Shown piece after piece: positions 27,764-37,248 of a DNA stretch of 64,000 nt. How positions within the stretch are numbered: position 1 is the stretch's first letter; the number at the start of each line of letters is the position of its first letter. The DNA comes from Alphaproteobacteria bacterium. GTDB lineage: Bacteria > Pseudomonadota > Alphaproteobacteria > Paracaedibacterales > CAITNM01. The DNA is taken from assembly GCA_947487955.1 (NCBI GenBank), contig CANKYV010000002.1:36466-100465 (forward strand), read 5' to 3'. Below the pieces are notes generated by a model. The model was given only the letters and a program-made list of their open reading frames with translations, ran no database searches and had not been told where the DNA came from. The translations under genes and the position numbers were made by a program.

Positions 27764-28945
27764 TTAGAAGCCGTAGTGTAAACGAAGACCAGTTACGTAA
27801 GTTTTCAACTGACCACGTGCTGTGTAGTCAAATTGTAAGCTTCCTGATAACGCATCATCATTACGCACGTGGAAACCAGCTCCACCACCGAATGCTGAAC
27901 GGTTAACTTTGTATTCTGCTGCTTTATCAAATGTAACACCTTGGTTTTTCTTCACGTCGTATTGACCGTGAATGTTGATGAAAGGCATTACACTTGGAGT
28001 CATTTGGTAACCTACCAAAACTTTTGCAGTCGCTGTTTGTGCTTTAAATGTGTTTGAAGGTACTGCTACAGCACTCCCATTATAAGCAGCTTGAGCTGAT
28101 TTTTCTGTAAATTTATCCATTTTGCTTTGCATCATTATATATCCAAGTTGCAAGCTAAATGAAGTTTTGTTTACTTTGTTTACAAAGTTAGCAAATACAC
28201 CACCAAACATAGCCTTTGACTTTGGTGAGCTAGTAAATGTGTTATCAATGTGATTTACAACACCTGCAGCGTTTGTTTGCTGTGTAGTTATCCAACGACG
28301 ACGATCATTACCTTTTGTTGTGCTCCAACCACCAACAAATTCAAAATTAAAGTTTTTGTGTGGAACAATGATAAAATATGGATTTACACCCAATGTATCT
28401 TGCTTCATTTCACCATTGTTAAACTCAGTTCTTGCGTTCAAGTGTGAATAGCTCAATCCTAAACCAGCGCAGAACATATTGTTGAATTTGTAGTCAGCAC
28501 CAATCATGGTTAGGTATGATTGACCATTCCACTTTTGATCAGTAACAGAATTGTCTATTGCGCCAAAGCTTGCACGTATCCATGTAGAAGCACGGTGTGC
28601 AGATCCTGATGAACCAGCAATTTTTGTACCAGTATCAGCACCCATTGCAGCAGCATTTGTGCCAACACCACTGTTCATTGATTCAGCAGCTTCTGCAGTT
28701 ACAGCACCAACTAAACCTAAAATCTTAGTTGTTTTTATTGCCATAATTGTTGGCTCAGTAACAACAGCACCAGGGGTTGTTGCAACAGAGCTATAAGCAT
28801 AATAACCGTCAGCTTTAGTTACACCTGCTGCTGGAGTAGGGGCGTTAACAGGCTTACCACCTTTTGGAGGCGCGAACAAATAGCCGCTTCCTGCACATGC
28901 AGCTATAAGCGCTAGCGCTCTTGCTGTCTTAAATTGTTTAAACAT
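27764..28945 (-). CDS. Outer-membrane beta-barrel protein (autotransporter-beta/porin-like)
   Basis: 393 aa with a signal peptide (ALALIAACAGSGYLFA), an Ala/Gly/Thr-rich N-terminal region, alternating beta-strand patterns (YLTMIGADYKF, GLGLSYSH) and a C-terminal aromatic residue (LRLHYGF). Confidence 0.6.
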   Translation of the reverse strand: MFKQFKTARALALIAACAGSGYLFAPPKGGKPVNAPTPAAGVTKADGYYAYSSVATTPGAVVTEPTIMAIKTTKILGLVGAVTAEAAESMNSGVGTNAAAMGADTGTKIAGSSGSAHRASTWIRASFGAIDNSVTDQKWNGQSYLTMIGADYKFNNMFCAGLGLSYSHLNARTEFNNGEMKQDTLGVNPYFIIVPHKNFNFEFVGGWSTTKGNDRRRWITTQQTNAAGVVNHIDNTFTSSPKSKAMFGGVFANFVNKVNKTSFSLQLGYIMMQSKMDKFTEKSAQAAYNGSAVAVPSNTFKAQTATAKVLVGYQMTPSVMPFINIHGQYDVKKNQGVTFDKAAEYKVNRSAFGGGAGFHVRNDDALSGSLQFDYTARGQLKTYVTGLRLHYGF

Positions 28946-29051
28946 AGATATCCTCTTAAAAATATTTTATTACAATTTAAAACCTACAAGACTTCTCTAA
29001 AATTTTTTAGTTTTTTTGCTTAATTTTTCTGTATAATCCACAGATGTATCC

Positions 29052-31073
29052 ATGATGCAACAAACTCTTAACAAAGTGTTAATTTTCACTTACGTCTTGT
29101 GGGGAAAAATGCCTTTCTTTCAAATAAATAGATTTTTTTATCTTTTGATTTTTCTGCCTTTTGTGCCAGTAATTTGGCCTATGGGTATTTTTCAAGAGTC
29201 TGATTGGACATTTTTTGGATTGTGGTTAGTGGCAGGTTTGTATGCGCTTTCTTTTGGATGTAATAAACCAAATTTAAAAATATCCACTCTGCCTTGTGGG
29301 CTTTTCTTATTGGCTGCTTTAAGTTTTTTAGGAATTTTCCAGAATAACTTAACAGCGTTGGGTGGTATTAATGAAATACGCGAAGGTACTGCTACATTTT
29401 TATCTTTAGCTATATTAATTATTGCTGGCAGGCAGCACAACATGAAAAATTTGCCACTCTGGCTCGTGCCAATGGCTTATAGTTTTCTAACAATTGCTGG
29501 ATTCCATCACTGGTTGCATATAAAAACTTATATTTTCTTAGATATTTCAGCCTTTCCTTTGCTTGCAAGTCTTCCCTTATATGTGAATTTTCGTAAATCA
29601 TTAATACGTTATACTTGTTTATGGGATGTTATTTATGTTGCAGCGTTTTTATATTTATTGAAGCACTGCGATAACGTTGCTGCGACTGTAGCTTGCATGT
29701 GTGCTTTTATTTTTGTCTTTTTACTACCAATTGCAAAAAAATTCATTAGGTTTCTGCCAAAAAAAGATGGTTGGTACGTGGTTTTTGGTCTTAGCTTTAT
29801 TGCTCTGATGATTCTTGTTTCTTGGTCTTTTTTCTCTCACTTATTACCGCAGTTACAAAGTCGTACTTTGCTAGGGATAGCATCTGTTCTTCAGTATTTG
29901 GATCATTTTGATTTATCAAAATTTTTGCATTTACTTTTTGGATATGGCTGGGGAAGTTATCAAGAATTTCCTGTGCTTAACCTCTTTAGATTCGAATATT
30001 TTTCTATGTATGCAAATGGAAATTTCAAACCAAATTGGGAATTTTTAGAACGGAATCTTTTGCATACTCATAACTTGATTTTAGAAACGCTTGTGTCTTC
30101 AGGTTTGATAGGTGTGGGATTTTTATTGACCATTATTTATGAGTGGATAAATAGCATTGATTCTAAGGATTGGGCAGGGCGATTTTTTGTTGTTAGCTAT
30201 TTAATTTTGCTAAGTGCTTGGTTTCAAACTCCACCAGTATTAATTTTCTCTCTTTTTGCAATGATTTTTGTTCAAGAAAATGTTAGTTATCAATTTAAAA
30301 TACCCAGCTTCGCTTGGATCACTTGTGGTTTATTTTTAATCATATTTTCTTGCACAGAATTTTGGTCATCTATTGCACTTGATAAACATAAATTCAGGAA
30401 AATCCAATCGTTTGAAGAAGATATTACCGCATTTGTTAACGATCCTGCTCATTCTTATGACAAGTGGAGCACATACAAAGCATCCAATTGGGCTATTGGG
30501 TGGTTTTTGCAAGGGTTAAATACTATTACTGAAGCTGATACTAAATATTTACCTAGCGTTGAAAAAGCTGTTGTATTGATTTCAAAAGATTATCTTGATT
30601 CTTGTCAAAAACGCAACGTTGTAAGCTCTGTGCATGTTATCAACATGTGCAACACCTTTGGTAATTTGCCTAAAGTAAAAATTTCATCGAACTCTGATTT
30701 TTTTAAATTTTTCAAAGAAGCGATTTTACAACATCTTGCGAGATTTCCAGAACGTGCAGACATGGCTATAGGGTTTTTAAATTTATGCTTTGATAAAATG
30801 GAAAATATTAAAGAAGTTAATGAAATAGCAGAAGTGATATTGGTCAAAGAACCTGAGCATCCAATAGGCCTTTGGTTTAAGGGGCTTGCAGGATTAAGTA
30901 TGGGTATTGATAAAACACAGTCTTTAGAAAAGATGCGCTCTGCTGTAAAAAAAGGCCTGTCTCGATTTATGCCAATTCAAAAAGAACTTCTTCAAACTTT
31001 AGGTGTTTATCAAGAAGCAATTGCTACCGAGCAAGCTGCTAGAAAATCAATGAAGTGGCAACTGCAGTCTTAA
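29052..31073 (+). CDS. O-antigen ligase/polymerase (Wzy_C)-family membrane protein with soluble C-terminal domain
   Basis: 673 aa with about 10-12 TM helices, the motif LLHTHNLILETLVSSGLIG (a Wzy_C/WaaL-like loop) and a C-terminal helical domain of about 250 aa. Confidence 0.6.
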   Translation: MMQQTLNKVLIFTYVLWGKMPFFQINRFFYLLIFLPFVPVIWPMGIFQESDWTFFGLWLVAGLYALSFGCNKPNLKISTLPCGLFLLAALSFLGIFQNNLTALGGINEIREGTATFLSLAILIIAGRQHNMKNLPLWLVPMAYSFLTIAGFHHWLHIKTYIFLDISAFPLLASLPLYVNFRKSLIRYTCLWDVIYVAAFLYLLKHCDNVAATVACMCAFIFVFLLPIAKKFIRFLPKKDGWYVVFGLSFIALMILVSWSFFSHLLPQLQSRTLLGIASVLQYLDHFDLSKFLHLLFGYGWGSYQEFPVLNLFRFEYFSMYANGNFKPNWEFLERNLLHTHNLILETLVSSGLIGVGFLLTIIYEWINSIDSKDWAGRFFVVSYLILLSAWFQTPPVLIFSLFAMIFVQENVSYQFKIPSFAWITCGLFLIIFSCTEFWSSIALDKHKFRKIQSFEEDITAFVNDPAHSYDKWSTYKASNWAIGWFLQGLNTITEADTKYLPSVEKAVVLISKDYLDSCQKRNVVSSVHVINMCNTFGNLPKVKISSNSDFFKFFKEAILQHLARFPERADMAIGFLNLCFDKMENIKEVNEIAEVILVKEPEHPIGLWFKGLAGLSMGIDKTQSLEKMRSAVKKGLSRFMPIQKELLQTLGVYQEAIATEQAARKSMKWQLQS

Positions 31074-31855
31074 GTGTTTAATAATAAGCGGTCACTATCA
31101 ATCGAGCTGCCAAATTGCTGCATTAAGTCCTGAGGCGTAAGTTTTTTACGATCCTCTCCTGTAATATCGTATATAAGCTGGCTTTCATGTAACATTATTG
31201 TGCGGGTGCCATACTGCAAAGCATGCGCTAAACTATGGGTAACCATTAAAGCCGTTAAACTTTTTTCTTCAACAATTCTTTGGGTAACATCCATCACAAA
31301 GCGACTCGTTTTTGGATCTAGCGCTGCTGTGTGCTCATCTAGAAGTAGAATTTTTAATGGGCTCAAAGTTGCCATAATTAAGCTAACCGCTTGGCGTTGT
31401 CCACCTGACAACATCGCCATGGATGTGTCCAAACGATTTTCTAGTCCTAAATTCAAAGGTTTCAATATGCTTTGGAAATAAGCTCTTGAAGTATTTGAGA
31501 GGGCACTTTTAAGTGAGCGTTGTTTCCCCCTGCAAGACGCTAATGCCAAATTTTCTCCAATAGTTAACTGAGAGCATGTCCCAGCTACAGGATCTTGAAA
31601 AACACGCGCAACATGTTTGGCTCTAATATTTGTTCCATGTTGAGTCACTTCTTCATCATCAATCCATATATGACCAGAATCAGGAATAACTTCACCAGCA
31701 ATCGCATTAAGCAAGGTAGATTTTCCTGCGCCATTGCTACCAATAACGGTTACAAATTCACCTTCTTGAATATTAAGTGTTACATCTTTTAGTGCAGCTC
31801 TAAATGCAGCTGTTCCTGCTCCAAAATGCACAAATATATTTTTCAAGCTAATCAT
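31070..31855 (-). CDS. ABC transporter ATP-binding protein
   Basis: Walker A GSNGAGKSTL, signature LSGGQRQ and Walker B LLLDEHTAALD. Last gene of a three-gene operon. Confidence 0.85.
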   Translation of the reverse strand: MISLKNIFVHFGAGTAAFRAALKDVTLNIQEGEFVTVIGSNGAGKSTLLNAIAGEVIPDSGHIWIDDEEVTQHGTNIRAKHVARVFQDPVAGTCSQLTIGENLALASCRGKQRSLKSALSNTSRAYFQSILKPLNLGLENRLDTSMAMLSGGQRQAVSLIMATLSPLKILLLDEHTAALDPKTSRFVMDVTQRIVEEKSLTALMVTHSLAHALQYGTRTIMLHESQLIYDITGEDRKKLTPQDLMQQFGSSIDSDRLLLNT

Positions 31856-32741
31856 GTTTTATTCCTAATTGCTTTTTTAAATCAGGTAATAACATGGCAA
31901 AACCTACAAGCACGGCAGTTACTAAATTCAAATCAGAAGCCTGCAGCAATGATCCACCAATGTTTAAAGCTGTTGCAATAACGAATCTGTAGAGTATTGC
32001 TCCAGCAATACAGGCAAGAATAGCGTGGCTAATTTTTCGTATCGGTAAAATTGCTTCTCCAATAATAACGGCAGCAAGTCCAATAATAATTGTGCCTACC
32101 CCCATACTTATATCGGCATAGCCACTAACTTGAGCAAATATAGCGCCTCCTAATGCCACAAAACTATTGGCAAGACATAAGCCTAAGCTAATCATTGCTT
32201 TATCATTAATTCCTTGTGCTCTTGCCATGCGTGCGTTGTTACCAGTCGCTCTTAAAGCTAACCCTATGTTTGTTTTTAAAAAGCGATTGAGTGCATATGC
32301 TAATAAGCCTATTAAAATAAAAATTGGCAACACTCTCCATAATCCTCCCAAAGGGGATTTTAATGGAAGAAAAAATTCTTCGAAAATAGTCCTCTCACCT
32401 AAAAGTGGAATATTTGGGCGTCCCATGATTCTAAGGTTAATAGAGTACAGCGCTGTCATTACTAGAATTCCTGACAACAAATTCATAAATTTTAAGTGGG
32501 TTGAAAGCCAAGCTGTTATTAAGCCTGCCATTCCTCCTAAAATCATTGCAGCAAGCGTTGCTACCAAAGGATGCACACCAGATACAATTAAAGCTGCACA
32601 TGTAGCTGCCCCTAAAGGAAATGTACCGTCTACTCCCAAATCTGGAAAATCAAGAACTCGTAATGACAGATAAATGCCTATCGCTACAAATCCATAAATT
32701 AGGCCCATTTCTATAGCGCCCACTAACTGAATTGTATTCAT
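31848..32741 (-). CDS. ABC transporter permease
   Basis: A 297-aa polytopic membrane protein that overlaps both neighbouring ABC genes. Confidence 0.75.
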   Translation of the reverse strand: MNTIQLVGAIEMGLIYGFVAIGIYLSLRVLDFPDLGVDGTFPLGAATCAALIVSGVHPLVATLAAMILGGMAGLITAWLSTHLKFMNLLSGILVMTALYSINLRIMGRPNIPLLGERTIFEEFFLPLKSPLGGLWRVLPIFILIGLLAYALNRFLKTNIGLALRATGNNARMARAQGINDKAMISLGLCLANSFVALGGAIFAQVSGYADISMGVGTIIIGLAAVIIGEAILPIRKISHAILACIAGAILYRFVIATALNIGGSLLQASDLNLVTAVLVGFAMLLPDLKKQLGIKHD

Positions 32742-33658
32742 AAATCTGCACCACCAACGGTGATAGCCTCATCTAATAAATCACCAGACTCCAATTGTAT
32801 GCCAAGGTGACGAATAGTATCCATATTTAAATGCAATTGAGGACATAATTCTTCAAAAGCGTTACTTTTTATGGTTTTTGTATCACGTAAAAAACTGTTT
32901 GAAATTTCGGCAATATCATGTGCAATTTCTTGTGTGTCAAAATCGTAGCCGCCTAGTGCACCAGAACGTACTAATCCAGCATGGTTAGCAAATACAGGAA
33001 TTTTTCGCATTTTAAAATGCTCTAAAATAAGCTCACAATCAGCAAAAACCAGAGGGCTTGGCAAAAGAATAACAGTATTAATATTTTTATAAGCTTCTTT
33101 CAAAACTGTAGCAACATTGCAATTTTTTGAAAGAGTGCACAACTGAAAATTCATTCCTTTAATTTTTGCAAGCTCTTGATATCGCATGACTAAACGTTTT
33201 GAGTATTCATTATTTTTGTCATATACCACTAAGCAAGATACTGGCTTTTTAAGAATATTTTCCATCAGCTCAAGCAGTTGCTGGATATTATCTTCTTCAA
33301 ACAAACAAATGATTTTTGAATCCTCATTTTCTAAAGAATCATGGAGATGAAGTCCAATTTTTAGCGCTGAATCATCCCTTTTGATGTATTCACTGAATTT
33401 TTCTTGTTCTAAGAATATTTTTATCAATGCACTTTCGCAGTGGCGATTTGAGTTTTCAACAATTTGATCACGTTTGATATCGTAAGCTTGTAAAGCTTGA
33501 CGAATTAAGTGCACATCGTCTTTTGTGCCTGGAATGTTGGATGAGAAAACACAGATTCTTTTTTCATCTGTGGTGCCTGATGATAGTTTTTTATAGAAAC
33601 CAATTCCGCTTATTACAACGACAATCACACTAATAATAAAAATTACGCGTCTATTCAT
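32738..33658 (-). CDS. ABC transporter substrate-binding protein (ABC_sub_bind-like), substrate unknown
   Basis: 306 aa with an N-terminal TM/signal anchor. It is first in the operon with the permease and ATPase and has a periplasmic-binding-protein-like alternating pattern. Confidence 0.55.
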   Translation of the reverse strand: MNRRVIFIISVIVVVISGIGFYKKLSSGTTDEKRICVFSSNIPGTKDDVHLIRQALQAYDIKRDQIVENSNRHCESALIKIFLEQEKFSEYIKRDDSALKIGLHLHDSLENEDSKIICLFEEDNIQQLLELMENILKKPVSCLVVYDKNNEYSKRLVMRYQELAKIKGMNFQLCTLSKNCNVATVLKEAYKNINTVILLPSPLVFADCELILEHFKMRKIPVFANHAGLVRSGALGGYDFDTQEIAHDIAEISNSFLRDTKTIKSNAFEELCPQLHLNMDTIRHLGIQLESGDLLDEAITVGGADL

Positions 33659-33847
33659 AAATTTCGCCTTTGACTTGCAGGAACTATAACTTGTTTTTTC
33701 TAAAAAAACTATGGTCGTTAGATGTTTTATTCAATTCACTATGATGATTGAGAAAAATAAAGCACGCCTATAACATTTTATAGCTTTTGAACGCTTGTTT
33801 TTCGCGTACTTTTAATAATTGTATCTCAAAATAAAAGAAAAAAATTA

Positions 33848-35353
33848 ATGAAGCTCGCAACCTGCTATACAGTTGCTTTTCTTGGGGTGCAGCCCAAATT
33901 GATTGAGGTTCAAGTTCAATTTGCTCCAGGGTTACCCACATTTACAATTGTTGGTTTAGCCGATAAAGCTGTTGCCGAATCAAGAGAAAGAATTCGCGCC
34001 TGCTTACATGGCTTAGGCATGGATATTCCATCTGTAAAACTAACGGTTAACCTAACACCCGCAGATCTTCAAAAAGAAGGAACTCACTATGATTTACCCA
34101 TTGCCTTGGCAATTCTTGGGGTTATGAACATTGTTCCTAGGGATGAATTGAAAAATTACATTGCTTTGGGCGAAATTACGTTAGATGGTCGTATCTTAAG
34201 TGTGCCCGGAGCTTTGCCAACAGCACTGTTGTCAGCTGAGCACAACAAAGGAATTATTTGTCCAAAAGATTGCGGATCAGAGGCAGCTTGGGGTGGCGAC
34301 ATTCGCATTTTAGCACCAAAAAATCTTTTAGAAATCATTCAGCATTTCAAAAATGAAATTATCTTAAGTCAGCCGGAACCCAAGCTTGATGAAGTAAATT
34401 CAAAAACTCTTGATATGAAAGATGTTAAATCTCAGAGGTTTGCAAAACGAGGATTAGAAATAGCAGCGGCCGGTGGTCACAATGTTTTGATGATCGGGCC
34501 CCCAGGCGCAGGAAAATCAATGCTTGCCGCGCGTTTGCCTGGAATCTTGCCAAGGCTCAGACCCAAAGAAGCCCTAGATGTAACTGTTGTGCATAGTTTA
34601 GCAGGGATGACTCCAAAAGATGGGTTAGTAAAAATACGCCCATTTAGGGATCCTCATCATAGCGCTTCATTGCCTGCATTGGTCGGAGGAGGGCAAAAAG
34701 GTAAGCCAGGAGAAATATCTCTAGCGCACAACGGTGTACTTTTTCTTGATGAGCTACCTGAATTTTCTAGGGCTTGTTTAGAAAGCTTGCGACAGCCTCT
34801 TGAAACAGGTTCTATAACAATTGCGCGAGTACAGCACCATTATACATATCCCGCAAGATTTCAATGTGTAGCAGCCATGAATCCTTGCCGATGTGGGTAT
34901 TTTGGTGATGATGATCGCCAATGTAACAAAGTTCCAAAATGTGCCGAAGAATATCAGCAAAAAATTTCTGGTCCAATGATGGATCGTTTCGACTTGGTTA
35001 TTCCTGTGCAGGCACTAAAACCAGAAGAATTGCAAGTGGAACGTAATGAAGAATCAAGCCAAAGTATTTTGAAACGGGTTGAGAGTGCTAGAAATAGCCA
35101 GCATGAGCGCTATAGTTCTCAAATAATCAATGCCTATGTTGATGGTGAAATGCTTGATAAAGCTGTACGTTCAGATAAGGAAGTTGATGCGCTTTTGCAC
35201 CAAGCCATTAACCGTTACAATTTGTCAGCTCGTGGGTATCATCGCCTATTGCGTGTATCGCGTACCATCGCTGACTTAGAGCTTAGCGAAAATATCTCAA
35301 ACAAGCATGTGCTCGAAGCGCTTAGCTATCGAGTAAATATGTTCAGAAGATAG
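33848..35353 (+). CDS. comM: YifB/ComM family Mg-chelatase-like AAA+ ATPase
   Basis: 501 aa with an N-terminal Lon-protease-like domain (GLPTFTIVGLADKAVAESRERI), Walker A (MIGPPGAGKSMLA) and GVLFLDELPEF. Confidence 0.85.
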   Translation: MKLATCYTVAFLGVQPKLIEVQVQFAPGLPTFTIVGLADKAVAESRERIRACLHGLGMDIPSVKLTVNLTPADLQKEGTHYDLPIALAILGVMNIVPRDELKNYIALGEITLDGRILSVPGALPTALLSAEHNKGIICPKDCGSEAAWGGDIRILAPKNLLEIIQHFKNEIILSQPEPKLDEVNSKTLDMKDVKSQRFAKRGLEIAAAGGHNVLMIGPPGAGKSMLAARLPGILPRLRPKEALDVTVVHSLAGMTPKDGLVKIRPFRDPHHSASLPALVGGGQKGKPGEISLAHNGVLFLDELPEFSRACLESLRQPLETGSITIARVQHHYTYPARFQCVAAMNPCRCGYFGDDDRQCNKVPKCAEEYQQKISGPMMDRFDLVIPVQALKPEELQVERNEESSQSILKRVESARNSQHERYSSQIINAYVDGEMLDKAVRSDKEVDALLHQAINRYNLSARGYHRLLRVSRTIADLELSENISNKHVLEALSYRVNMFRR

Positions 35354-35362
35354 GCAAGCTGC

Positions 35363-35452
35363 TTCATTCTGAGTATCTCACCACTCAGAGGTGGACTTGA
35401 AGGTTATTACCAACCCGTCATTGCGAACCTGCGAAGCAGGTGTGGCAATCCA
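35363..35452. repeat. Two units of a GC-rich hairpin repeat family (GTCAT...hairpin...ATCC)
   Basis: The units are TTCATTCTGAGTATCTCACCACTCAGAGGTGG (stem TCTGAGT/ACTCAGA) and CGTCATTGCGAACCTGCGAAGCAGGTGTGGCAATCC. The second unit is near-identical in design to the unit at 45382-45420. Confidence 0.7.
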
Positions 35453-35460
35453 GTTCTATA

Positions 35461-36147
35461 CTATCTTCCAGCTATATTAATGCACCGCACTATTTTCTCA
35501 ATATTACCATTATACCCTAATTCCACCACAGCAATACTGCTGGCATTACCATTCATTTCAGCATCACCATTATCACGTGCAAATTCTGCTGCAACGCCTT
35601 GCAATGTAGCATCTGGAGGATATCTATAAAATAAAGTCATATGAGGATTATAAAATTCTAACACACCACTTACACCATAAGCATCAACTTGTGCTTTTCT
35701 GTCTGGTGATAAATCTTCATAAATATCACGTGCTCTATCTAGTGGACGCATTCTATGTGAGCTTGCAATTTCTATAACTTTCCTGTGCAATTCATGTAGT
35801 GGGTCAGTATTTTTCATGCCCCAATCAATCCAACGATCAGCTGTGCTGTAAATATTTTTGAATTCCAATTGAAATGGTTCAATTTCTAATTTGCTTAACT
35901 CATCAACAATTTTCGTAAGAGATGCTTCACTGCAAGCAAGATGATACAAAGTTACATGCCAAAAATTGCCAGGATTATTGCCTAATTTTGTAGCGAATTC
36001 AGTATTCATTTCTGCTGCTTTTACAGCTATTTCAGCGGAAGGAAGCACAACAATGCCGTATTCTTTTATACCCTCTTCAGCAGAAAAAGAAGCGTTAATT
36101 AATGAAACAATCATTGCAGTACAATAAAAAAATCTATTCATTATCAT
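35461..36147 (-). CDS. 2H phosphoesterase superfamily protein (LigT / cyclic phosphodiesterase-like) with signal peptide
   Basis: 228 aa with two H-x-T-x motifs (FWHVTLYH and NPHMTLFY) at the spacing expected for the 2H fold, and the N-terminal signal-like sequence FYCTAMIVSLINASFSA. Confidence 0.6.
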   Translation of the reverse strand: MIMNRFFYCTAMIVSLINASFSAEEGIKEYGIVVLPSAEIAVKAAEMNTEFATKLGNNPGNFWHVTLYHLACSEASLTKIVDELSKLEIEPFQLEFKNIYSTADRWIDWGMKNTDPLHELHRKVIEIASSHRMRPLDRARDIYEDLSPDRKAQVDAYGVSGVLEFYNPHMTLFYRYPPDATLQGVAAEFARDNGDAEMNGNASSIAVVELGYNGNIEKIVRCINIAGR

Positions 36148-36234
36148 CTTAAACTTTTTAAATCTTATAGTTGCTCATATAAATCATTTTATTTTTTGAA
36201 GTCAAGTTCTCAAGTTTTCTAATGCTTCACAACC

Positions 36235-36272
36235 GTGTCATTTTGAGCCCGCATGCAGGCGTGAGAATCCAT
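36235..36272. repeat. One unit of the GC-rich hairpin repeat family
   Basis: GTGTCATTTTGAGCCCGCATGCAGGCGTGAGAATCCAT aligns with CGTCATCCTGAGCCCTCGAAGAGGGCGCGAGGATCCAT at 45284-45321. Confidence 0.7.
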
Positions 36273-36307
36273 TTTTGAATGTTATTAATTTTATTAATTA
36301 AATCGGT

Positions 36308-37168
36308 TTAGAGCTTTTCGATTTCTTCTTCTGGCATGCCGGTATATTTTATTATATCCTTAGTTGGCATTCCTCCTCTTTTCATATTAGATGCTATTTC
36401 TAATTTTCTTCTTTCCAAGCCTGCTTCAAAACCCTTAGATTCATATTTCTTCAAGGTATTCGCCTCAATCCTTAGCCATTTGAGATGATCTTCATAAGCC
36501 TGGCGCTCTTCCTCCCCAAAATTCATCACCGTTAAGACATCCAGCGCTTTCTTCAAATACGGCTTATCTAGATTTTTTGGTAAATTATCCCGATTGAGTA
36601 AATCATGACGAGTTAAAAACGCTCCCCAGACATCTAATGAGGTTTTAACCTTCTCAACAATGTCCTTAAGCTCTTCGTTTTGATTATTACAAAACTTCTT
36701 TAGCTCAATAGTATGTAATTCCAAATCCTTAAAGTAGACAAGGTTGCTGTCTTTTTCACGAATGTTAAAGACGTTGTGATACTTTTCTACCCCAAGAATT
36801 GAGGTGAAATTTAAAATATGAATACCAATTGCTTTAGAAAGCTGCGAATAATCTTCCCCACCCTTTAATTGTTCGGTATAAACTTTAGCCCAATAATAAA
36901 GAGCTCTTTTGTCATAATCTGCTTCATCACTAATCTGGATCTCAATGTTAAAATACTTGCCATTCTCACCCTTAGCTTTGATGTCTAGAATTGAGAGTTT
37001 ATCATTTTTAAAGTTTTGAGGATTGTAAGGATTCAATAGGATGACATCAGCAACCTTATCTTTCTCACTGACAATTGAATTAATCAATGAAATAAGTAGG
37101 TCTTTGTTTTCTTCCACACCAAAGATTTTCTTAAAAGCGATATCAACTCTTGGATTAATGTTTTCCAT
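36308..37168 (-). mobile_element. Rpn/YhgA-like PD-(D/E)XK nuclease family transposase-like protein
   Basis: 286 aa. The N-terminus VDIAFKKIFGVEENKDLLISLINSIV and the core LSILDIKAKGENGKYFNIEIQ are typical of the putative-transposase PDDEXK/Rpn family. I saw no terminal inverted repeats. Confidence 0.65.
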
Positions 37169-37248
37169 GATTTTTTCTTGTTGTTGTATGTTTACAATTA
37201 CCTGCCATTGAGTGGGATTCTATCACATTTTGGGAAGAATGGGGGAAA

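Noticed and set aside
32167-32673. A 168-aa plus-strand ORF overlapping the ABC permease gene
   Set aside because: It is antisense to a well-supported permease within a three-gene operon, and its basic, proline-rich composition is typical of an antisense frame.
36308-37168. The Rpn-like gene as part of a complete IS element
   Set aside because: No terminal inverted repeats or target-site duplications were identifiable. Rpn/PDDEXK_2 genes are often stand-alone, so I report it only as a transposase-like nuclease gene.
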